From: Chiloscyllium plagiosum
Taxonomy: Eukaryota
NCBI RefSeq assembly: GCF_004010195.1
Contig: NC_057718.1
Coordinates: 26,425,682 to 26,475,709 of the forward strand
DNA: 50,028 nt
Direction: 5' to 3'
The first letter of the stretch is position 1; each line of letters opens with the position of its first letter. Under the pieces are notes generated by a model, which saw only the letters and a list, made by a program, of their open reading frames with translations, was not told the origin of the DNA and did no database searches. Below, in pieces: positions 39,773 to 50,028 of this stretch. A program made the position numbers and the translations under genes.

Positions 39773-42154
39773 CTTGTTTTTCATTAAATGCCTAACCTTA
39801 TTTTATCTAAAGTTTATTGCAAAGTAATTACAGCATGAACTCAGTTGTTTGGACCATCCAGCCTGTGGTGATGTTTACTTTTCACTTGAGTATTGTCCCT
39901 GGAAATTGATATACAAGCCATCCCGGAGCAGGTGCTGTGATATATCAGCCTCCATAACAACCTATGCGTGTTTGTACGCTGCTTTTCAGTTAAGTGCACA
40001 AATAATCAGCTTGGTTGGGAGTGCAAGAGCTGGTGCTTATGAGATTCCAACACTTCCTGGGCCTCCCTCAGAATTATTGTGTCCTGTCCCCTCCTCCTGT
40101 TCCCCCAAGTAACCAAAGTTTTGCAGAAATGGAAGAAAAGCCTCTTTATGATAATAAGATCTTTAAAAATATTCTTGCCATCTGCTTTCACATAATGCCC
40201 TAAGGGTTCTAAATTTCAGAGCAGTAGATAATATCACATCTTGAACCTTTCCTTCTTCAGTCTACCTTCACTGTGCTCTTTATGCCCAGTGAGGAGGAAC
40301 TCCATGACATCATCACAAGGTTACTCCAGAATCTGAAACAATATGCCGAACAGACAGCCTTCCTGCCTGGAGGACAATTGAGGGTAACCAATAAGGGTAA
40401 CTAATAAAGCCTCATTCCTCCACTACTAATACTTAACCAGCAGCCAGTGGGGCCCAGTGAGATGATGAACAGAAAAGCTCTGATGCTTAGGCCTGGAACC
40501 TGGTAGGTGGAGCTCTCTTTGCAGCCACACAAGCAATCAGCAGCAAGGAGGAACTGACCTGGAGTAAGGTCTTCCTTCCTTTTCACTCTACCTTGGTACA
40601 TGTGACAACAATAAATCAAACTCATTAAACTCAAACTCAAATTGAACTTCCACCTCTTCTCAAGGGATTCTGCCCTCTGAAGCCCGAGGTAACCAGTCCC
40701 ACTAACCTTCTTTTCTTGCTCCATCATCAATCCTTGTTTTAGGCTACCATGTAGTACCAGAGCAGCCAGCACTCTTGGTGGCACTGCTAATACAGGATTG
40801 GCTCTGATTGGCTGGCAGCTTCTCATCCAATCACACCAGGATTTCAAGGGGAATATATATCTCAGATGAACCAGAACCCTAACAGTATAAAGATAAATGC
40901 CTGACCGGGTCCTAATTCCGTCAGACCATCCAAAAATGCCTGTGAGCTGTTGTCAATAGCATTCCATTACATTCCAACCCTGTTGTAGGTAAGCTGGTGA
41001 AGGAAAAATCTTTGCAATTATTCTGTATGACATTGGTGCAATAATATCATTAACAGCTTTTTGGAGCTTAAGCCATACGAGGCTGAACACCAGTCTAGTG
41101 CAAACTGTTAACATTTATTGTCTATATGCATAAACCTAGTGGAGCAATTATGGATTTCTGTGAGAAGAAAGAACATAATTTTGTGTTTCAGTAATAAGAG
41201 AAAACAAATATTACTCCACTCACTTTGTGCTGTTAACCTTCTCTAAGCACTGATCAACTCTTTACTTTCATCCAGGCTTAATAACAATTCTGAAATTTGA
41301 AAAAGAATTGCATCATTCCAAATTTTGACATTTTACATTTCAAAATAGCGACAGCTTCATAAAAATCCATGACATTTTATTGGTGTGCATTTGGTGAATA
41401 ACATTTCTCCTGCTTCCTGTCCTTCCTGTTTCTTGATAATATCAATGGCATTGCTCAAAACTGCTGTACTGATCACATGCACTACCTTATGGTTCTAGCC
41501 ACAGAAATGAAATGCCCATTAAGGACAACCAGACCCATTACCTTAACATATTGCTTGTACCTCACTGGACAGTAAGGCTGTCAAAAGGATTTGAATCTCA
41601 CAACCTGAGGACATCTCAAAGTGCTTTCCCGCTAGTGAGAGTTATTTGACATGTGGTCACTCTTGTAACTCAAAGAAACACAGCAGTCGATTTGCACTCA
41701 GCACTATCTCACAAACCACAATCAGGTAAATCACCAGATGATTTAATGTGCGTGGGGTTTGTCAGATAGATGTTGGCAATGGCAGCCTACATTTCTTGGG
41801 AAAAGCATTAGAGAATCCTTTTCATTCAGATTGGGCCTTGGTTTAATTGCTTCATCCAAAAGCCAAAAACCCAACAGTGGTAGCAGTCTTGCAGCCTGTA
41901 ATTTTCTGAAGAGACCGAAAACTCTGTTATTGAGCCAGAACGAGCACCATTAAAAATATTCCAGATGTAGGAGCAAACATAGTTTGATACTGGTTTATGT
42001 TTGGTCAGTTTGAGCTCTTAAAACTGAAGTCAATGCCCCCAAATAAAGAAAAAATCTGAATATTGGTCAGAGGAGAAACCCTAAATGGATATAGATCCAT
42101 AGCAGAAGCAACCTCCTCAACTGGGTCTTCATGGTTGAAGATACTTGGCTTATG

Positions 42155-43620
42155 AACAGAAAATCCAAATTAGAAGCAGGAGTAAGCTGATCAACTATTT
42201 GATGTGATCATGAGTGATCTTATTATGATCTCTATTTTCCTGAGTATTCCCATACCATTTTACTTCATTGTCAGTCAAAACTATTTCTAACTCAGCCTAA
42301 CAAAAAGAAATACCTCTATTTCTACTGCTGTCTAGGACAGAAAGTTCTCCAAAAAAACAATTCTTATATGTGTCCTAAATGGGAGACTCCCTAATTCTAG
42401 TCTCTCCCGTAAAGGGAAAAAACCTTTCTGTATCAGCCCTGTCAAGGCCCCTCAGCATCTTGTATGTTTCAGTAAGATCATCTCTCATTCTTTGAAACTC
42501 CAATAGATGCAGGCCTAATGTTTCCTCATAAGACAACCCCTTCATCAGGAATCAGTCCAGTGAATCTTTTTTGCAATTATGTCCTTTCTTAAGTAAGACC
42601 ATAAAGACTGCAGGTATCTCAGTAATTCCCTAAGCAATTGTCACAAATCTTCCTTATTTTGATATTTTTGCTCCTCCAACACCAAACAACAACATCTCAT
42701 AATCACGTTCTGTATAGCAGAGTTCTGCAAATCTCAACCCATTTAAGTAATATGGTCCTTTTCAGATTCCCAATTTTCCACATTTATTGTCCACTGTCAT
42801 AAACTATATATATCCCTTTTCAGAGTTATTATGTCCTCTTCCCAATTTATTCTCCTATCTTTGTGCCATTAACAAATTCAGCAATCATACATTCAGTGCT
42901 TTCATTGATATAGACTGCAAATAGTACTGGCCCCAGCACCATTCCCATATTATTAAACTACAGAGGGTTCAGAAGAGATTTATCAAGATGTTGGAAGGTC
43001 TGAGTTATAAAGAAAGGCTGGACAGGATGGAGCATAGGAGATTGAAGGATGACCTTATAGAGATTAATAAAATCATAAGGGTCATAGTTAAGGTGAATGG
43101 CAGGTGTCTTTACCCTAGGGTGGGGGATTACAAGACCAGGGGGCATATTTTTAAGGTGAGAGGAGACACGAGGGGCAATTTCTTTACACAGTTGGTAGTT
43201 TGTGTGTGGATTGATTTCCTGAGGAAGTAGTAGATGCAGGCAAAATTATAAGGTTTAAAAGACATTTAGGTAAGTACATGAGTGAGGAAAGGTTTGGAGG
43301 GATATGGACCAGGAGCAGGCAGGTGGGGCTAGTTTACTTTGGGGTGATGTTTGGCACGGACTGGTTGAACCAAAGGGTCTTTTTCTGTCCTGTATGACTC
43401 TATAACATCTACAGGCCCCCTTTTGTCCACTTTGTTTTCTCCTTTGTCAAAGAACTCTGAAAACAGTCAAACATGATTTGTCTTTCATAAAAATATGTCG
43501 ATTCTACCTGATTGAAAATTTTTGAAAGTTCTGGAATATGAATAGATTCTTGAGTTTTCTCCATCACGGATGTTAAGCTGACTGGCCTGTAGTTTCCTGC
43601 TTTTTGTCTTACCTGACCAA
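42155..43620 (-). mobile_element. Old CR1 (-) interrupted by a + strand CR1 3' end at ~42960-43402
   Basis: Reversed ORF2 remnants; insert ORF LSYKERLDR..TRGHIFKV and gactctat tail. Confidence 0.72.
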
Positions 43621-44138
43621 CCAGATATAATTATGGCATTACACTGAGACAGTTTTAGATGATTCTGTAGAATCCTTGGAAAAATGGCCACAATTTGAAA
43701 AGCTCCCAGGGGAATGTATTCTTTCACTGTCATGGCTCACATTCAAAGAATAACTATTTTGAATGCTTAATCCAAAAACTGCCAGCACCTGTGAAACCAT
43801 ATTTTAGCAAAAGTATTCTTCAGGCAGAGGAAGGGATCAAATAGAATAAAATAATTTCACGAAGGCTTTGAATCAATTATAGTGGGGCCTTTACCATATT
43901 ATTAATGCACTAGATGAAAAGCTGCAGCTGTAGTAGTCTGCATCTGTAATCATCGCAATTCACTTTTCAAATTCATGAAAAGCACAATCCATTGATGTCA
44001 TGACACATTTAACAACTAAATTATTGTTAAAACTTGACTTTTAATCTTTTAATTTTGAATTATACATTTTGTGAATTATAGCCAAAATTCATCACCTCAA
44101 ATTGCTAAGTAGCTTGCTACTAGCAGCAGTGACAAATC

Positions 44139-44140
44139 TT

Positions 44141-44179
<39 letters not shown>

Positions 44180-44195
44180 TACACACACACACACA
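44139..44195. repeat. Compound (TC)n(AC)n microsatellite
   Basis: Direct reading. Confidence 0.97.
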
Positions 44196-45140
44196 TGGCA
44201 ACACTGACACTATTGAAAGTTGTTGTCTATTGTTTTCTAATTCATATCAATTATTTTTTAACTGCATCTTAAACTGCCTTAGTCTAACATTTTAATTTCG
44301 CACCACCTATATTGATTGCAATACATCAGAAATGCTGTCCTTTCAAAGATATCTTTTATTATAATTGCAGCACTTAAAGAAACTGATTGTGGAAATGCTT
44401 CATATGATACAGTTAAGGAAAAAACTACTTTATCTCGTCTGATGTGTACAAGGAAGCCTGGTCGATTATCAACAAGAGTACATCTCTTGTAGTCAGAACA
44501 TTAATGAATTCATGAAGCTCAGTCAGCCATTAAATTGATTGTGCACTGCCTATTCATTTTAACAAACGTCAAAGAGACCGAGTGAAATGTGAAATACGAA
44601 ACAATTTATTGTTTCAGTTATCGTTATTCAAATTATTATAATGAATTCATTAAGAGTGTTCTTTTTAATAATTCCTATCAATGATACCACATGCAATGAT
44701 TGTCTAACCCCCGTCTTGTGACAAAGTGTTGAATGGAGGCCAGACAGTTCCTCATTTGGATAATAGGAAGAAAAGAGGAAAAATAAGAGGGGGAATCACA
44801 TTAGTGAACATTACTGTCTTGGGTTCCAGATGAATTGGCACTGGCTGTCCTTTGTTACCTCATCCAACTTGCATGTTACAATGAACAAGTCTAAACTGTG
44901 ATCAGTCGACAAACAACTGAATCCTGTCCATAGCCAACTGTCATCCAGAACATTCCTATTGATGATCATTGTGCCATAGAACTCACTGGACAGTGATCAA
45001 ATATTGATTTGTCCTAGAGATGTGGGCATTTTTGGCCAGGTTAGCATTTACCACCCATCCTTAATTGCCCTTCAAGGTGGCAGCAAGTCACATTCTTGAA
45101 CTGCTGGTGTTCACGTAGTGTAGATACACTCACAACATTG

Positions 45141-45541
45141 GCAAAAGTGAGGACTGCAGATGCTGGAGATCAGAGTCAAGATTAGAGTGGTCAGGCAGCA
45201 TCCGAGGAGCAGGAAAATCGACATTTTGGGCAGGAGTCCTCTAGCAGTTTTATTTTGCCCTCTTATTTCTTCCCTCTTATTTTGCCTCTTTTCTTCCTTT
45301 TATCCAAATGAGGAACTGTCTGGCCTCCATTCAACACTTTGTCACAAGACAGGGGTTAGACAATCATTTCATGTGGTATCATTGATAGAAATTATTAAAA
45401 ATAACACTCTTAATGAATTCATTATAATAATGTGAATAATTATAACATTCCTGATGAAGGGGTCCTGCCTGAAACATCAATTTTCTTGCTCCTCGGATGC
45501 TGCCTGACTTGCTGTGCCTTTCCAGCACCACTCTAATCTTG
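45141..45541 (-). mobile_element. PLE-derived fold-back element enclosing captured local intron DNA
   Basis: Arms 45141-45240 and 45447-45543; TSD acactcacaacattg at 45126-45140 and 45542-45556; spacer 45272-45446 is the reverse complement of 44617-44792. Confidence 0.9.
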
Positions 45542-45583
45542 ACACTCACAACATTGTCAGGGGTAAATAAGACAAAGAAAAAA

Positions 45584-45697
45584 GAATGCTGTTAACCTGA
45601 AGCAAAAACAGAAACTGCTAGACAAACACAGCAAGTCTGATAACATCTGTGGAGAGAAAATAGAGTTAATATTTCCAATCCAGTGACCCTTCTTAAG
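45584..45697 (-). mobile_element. PLE terminal-repeat fragment (second subfamily)
   Basis: Similar to 7027-7125; the - strand reads taagaagggtcactggattggaaatatt, a decayed hammerhead-like motif. Confidence 0.55.
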
Positions 45698-46049
45698 AGA
45701 CTGTCAAGAAAATAGTTCCCGGATTCTGACATAGCAGCAGAGAAGAAACAATAATGCTATGCAAAATCAGGTTGGTAAGTGACTTCAAAGGGGACTCGAG
45801 GCAGATGGTGTTCCCATTGTGCTGCCCTTGGTATTCTAGGTGGTCCATAATAGGCCTCTTCTGCCATACATCTCCTAATTTAGCACAGACCAGGGGATTA
45901 TATCTGATATCTAATGTCTTTCCAGCTTTAGATACACAAAGCAATCGATTCATTATTTTTAAAATGTGATCAGTTGTGTTGTGGTAAACATGGCAGCCTA
46001 TTTAGTCAAAGCAAGACCCCAGAACAGGGATCTTAGATAAATGAATAGG

Positions 46050-46580
46050 TAATAGCTGTATAGAACTTTAGATAGACCACATTTGCAATATTGCATATAA
46101 TATTCTGATCACCAAATTGCCAGAAGACGTAACGGCTTTGGATAGGGTACAGAAAAGGTTTACCAGGATGTTGCCTGGTTTAGAGGTTATTAGCTATAAG
46201 GTGAAATAGGACAATACATGTTTATGAGAGGCTTGGATATAATGGATACTCAGAGTCTTTTTCCCAGAGTAGGAATGTCAATTACTAGCAGACATAGGTT
46301 TAGGGGAAAAGGGAAAAGTTTAAAGGCAATGTAAGAGGAAAGATTTTTACACCAAGGGTGATAAGTCCTTGGAATGTGCTGCCAGGGAGATAGTAAAAAC
46401 AGACACAACAGCAATGTTTAAGCGGTATCTTGGCAGGTGTATGAATAGGTAGAGAATAGAGGGATACAGATAGTGTAGAGGCAAAACGTTTGTAGATTCA
46501 AAAAGCATCATGGGTTGGCACAGGCTTGGTGGGCCAAAGGGCCTGTTCCTGTGCTGTACTCTTCCTTGTTCTTTATTCTT
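46050..46580 (+). mobile_element. CR1 3' end
   Basis: agaccacatttgcaatattg (RPHLQYC), gtacagaaaaggtttaccaggatg, 3' UTR. Confidence 0.8.
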
Positions 46581-46819
46581 GAATACATAGACTTTTGTGT
46601 CACAATAGGCAGTTTATATGGAAAATGATAGATTGAGATTATTTTTATTGATGATCCACACAACAGAAATAAAATTGCAGTAAACAAAAGCTGTGCTGGA
46701 AATAAATGAGTCCTAAGATGGGAAATTATGCAAACTATCTATTTTAGACTGTACCACGAAAATAATATATGGAGACCATTTGGGTTCCACTTTTATTCCT
46801 GTATTTATTTTCCCTTTGA

Positions 46820-47104
<285 letters not shown>

Positions 47105-47238
47105 TAGTTTGGAACTGTATCATCCTGACCACTTGTTTGATCGTTTTCAAACTGACTTTGCACTTTATTGCAGCATCATCTCTATTTATGTACCCGTCAG
47201 TCCATTTTCAACACTGCCTTGCAACATCACATTGAAGA

Positions 47239-47422
47239 GTCGAAAAGAGTGGCACTGGAAAAGCACAGCAGGTCAGGCAGCATCCGAGGAGCCGTCCTGG
47301 TGAAGGGCTTATGCCCAAAACGTCGACTCTCCTGCTCCTCGGATGCTACCTGACTTGCTGTGATTTTCCAGCGCCACCCTTTTTGACTCTGACTCTCCAG
47401 CATCTGCAGTCCTTGCTTACTC
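47239..47422 (+). mobile_element. PLE-derived fold-back mini-element
   Basis: Inverted arms ~47239-47292 and ~47333-47390; TSD caacatcacat(t/g)gaaga at 47222-47238 and 47423-47439. Confidence 0.85.
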
Positions 47423-47863
47423 CAACATCACATGGAAGATGAGATCTTGAGGGCAAAACATTGAACTTGAGGCTAAAACATGAAATGCTTTCAAGAAAGA
47501 TTTAGATGTAATTCTCAGGGCTGAAGAGATCAAAGGATAGGGAGAAAGCAGAAACAGAGCACTGAGTTGGATCATCAGACATGATTATATTGAATGGTGG
47601 ACAATAAAACGGCCAACTCCTGCTCCTATTTTCGATGTTTCGAATTTTCAGTGATGGATAAATTTTAATTGCGTGTGGCTATTTAAGGGAAAATGGCAAT
47701 ACATGGGCATAGGAAATGTCTGTGCTCCTCATAAAACTTTCAGGTATTTGAATCTATATGTCAGCCTTTGTCTTTTATCAGCCTTTGTTACAAAATTACC
47801 TGGCAAAAGGTAATGACTGGCATTATGAGTGTGCATCTAGATAATCCGACTGTGCCTAACCAA

Positions 47864-48152
47864 GTCATAGAGTCATGTAGCATGGAAACAGATCCTTCAG
47901 TCCAACTCGTCCATGCCAACAAAGTTTCCCAAACTAAACTAGTCCCACTTGCCTGTGTTTGGCCCATATCCCTCTAAACCTTCCTATTCATGTACCTGTC
48001 CAATGTCTTTTAAATGCTGTAACTGTACATACATCTACCACTTCCCCTAGCAGTTCATTTCACATATGAACCATCCTGTGTATGAAAAAGTCATCACTCA
48101 GATCCCCTTTAAATCTTTTTCCTCTAACCTTAAAATTATGCCCTCTAGTTTG
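47864..48152 (-). mobile_element. CR1 3' end
   Basis: agtcatagagtc tail and reversed 3' UTR. Confidence 0.8.
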
Positions 48153-48984
48153 AAAGTTCCTTTTTAAATGTCTTTTGTGCCTTGCTGTTTAGAGTAGACA
48201 CAAAGGCAAGAATTGTCTTCTGCACTCTGTCAGTGAAGGATAACATTTGCTGAGTTGACACAACATAATGAGCAAAGAGCAGTCTCCAATAGCAGACAAG
48301 GGTCTTGGACACAGTCGGTCAGCCATGTAGAGAGGGCAGAATCAGGATGCTTTCCAAGAAAAGAGCTGGGAGCTGAATGTTGAGCAGTGAGAGAAGACAT
48401 TGCAGGCAATAGTGGGAGGGAGCAAGGTTGTGAGGTGGATGTCTTATACTGAGCAAGTTATTCTAGAAATGGATTTTGCTAAGACAGAGCTAGAATTGGA
48501 TGTGAGGAATGTCATGGGGCAGGTAATTAATGAGGTGACTTTGGTAAGATACAACAAGAAATTTCACTGGGTTTAGCAGTGAGAATCCCTCCAAAAAATC
48601 TGATACAACTCACACTGATTCAAAAAGTAAGATTCAGCCCTGAGGCACATACCTGAAATCATATTGATGAAAATCTATGAGGAATACTTCTAATCAGGAT
48701 ATTTCCAGGCAGAGGCATACCCCTTAGCGGTGACTCTCTAAAACAGATTGCACTACAGCAAACAGGCACATTTCAAGGCTGCCATCTATCACAAGGACCC
48801 TTGTAATATAGTGCTGAATCTTTCTCTATTTGGCTCATTGTATCTGCAGTGAGTCTTTGGATTTTTTTTTTGTTCTAAGGCCTAGTGAGAAACTCATAAT
48901 GCTGCTTATCAAAAGCAGCAAAGATGGAGTGAGATGTTCCCAATCACACTGGACCTTCCATCTGATTCTGTTCCAAATTGTACC

Positions 48985-50028
48985 AGGAACTTAGAGCATG
49001 GATCAGTACTTGGGGCTACGATGTTGTGGCCATAACGGAGACTTGGGTTTCACAGAGGCAGGAATGGTTGCTTGATGTTCCAGGGTTTAGAACGTTTAAT
49101 AAGAACAAGGAGGGTGGAAAAAGAGGAAGGGGTATAGCATTGCTAATCAGAGAGTGCATCACAGCTACAGAAATGAAGGTTGTTGAGGAAGGTTTGTCTA
49201 GTGAGTAGAAGTTAGGATCAGCCACCGCATTGGGGGTTTTCTACAGACCACCTAATAGCAGTAGAGAGATTGAAGAACTCATAGGCGGGCAGATTCTGGA
49301 AAATTGCAGAAGTAGCAGGGTTGTTGTTATGGGTGATTTCAACTTTCCCAATATTGACTGGAACCCCCTGTGCAGATGGTTTGGATGGAGCTGTTTTTGT
49401 CAGGTGTGTTCAGGAGGGTTTCCTTACTCAGTATTTAGACAGACCGACGAGGGGAGAGGTCATTTTGGACTTGGTGCTTGGCAACGAACCAGGACAGGTC
49501 TCAGATCTTGTGGTGGGAGAGCATTTTGGTGAAAGTGATCACAACTGCCTCACATTTAGCATAGCCATGGAGAGTGAAAGGAGCAGTTAGCAACGAACCA
49601 GGACAGGTCTCAGATCTTGTGGTGGGAGAGCACTTTGGTGAAAGTGATCACAACTGCCTCACATTTAGCATAGCCATGGAGAGTGAAAGGAGCAGTTACC
49701 GAGGGAAGATATTTAATTGGGGAAAAGGAAATTATGACGCTATCAGACAGGAGTTGGGAAGTACAGACTGGGAGCAATTGTTCCACAGAAAGGGCACAGC
49801 AGACATGTGGAGACTCTTTCAGGTGCAGTTGTTGCGAGTGATGCACGAATTTGTTCCTCTGAGACAGGTAAGAAGGGGTAAGATTAAGGAACCTTGGATG
49901 ATGAGAATAGAGGAACTTCTTGTCAAAAGGAAGAAGGCAGCTTACGTAAGGTGGAGGAAAAGGATCTAGCACAGCTTTAGAGGATTACAGGGATTGCTAG
50001 AAAGGAGCTCAGAAATGGACTGAGGAGA
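48985..50028 (+). mobile_element. CR1 ORF2 apurinic-like endonuclease region, frameshifted, running off the window
   Basis: YDVVAITETW, GVFYRPP, VVMGDFNFPNIDW, LDLVL, SDHN. Confidence 0.92.
49481..49698. repeat. 109-bp tandem duplication inside the CR1 endonuclease
   Basis: 49481-49589 and 49590-49698, one mismatch. Confidence 0.95.

Overview
AT-rich eukaryotic genomic DNA, most likely from a cartilaginous fish. The repeats look like shark HE1-type tRNA-derived SINEs, abundant CR1/L2-clade LINEs and Penelope-like elements (PLE). The window lies inside a + strand ALK/LTK-family receptor tyrosine kinase gene, probably ALK. Three coding exons of the extracellular glycine-rich region are visible (28839-28970, 34533-34677, 46833-47015), with AG/GT boundaries and compatible phases. 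The rest is intron packed with retroelements, including a decayed Gypsy LTR element. The most interesting signal is a family of short PLE-derived fold-back insertions with 10-17 bp target-site duplications (TSDs) that carry a minimal hammerhead ribozyme motif (CTGATGA-A-GGGC-TTTT-GCCC-GAAACGTC). One of them (45141-45541) has captured an inverted ~175 bp copy of intron sequence that ends ~350 bp upstream of the insertion. Other observations: two AG|GT recursive-splice-like sites, a tRNA-Lys 5' half fused to a SINE, and a SINE with a four-fold repeated A box. Exon, TSD and hammerhead coordinates were counted by hand. Boundaries of old repeats are approximate, and family names come from motif recognition, not from database searches.
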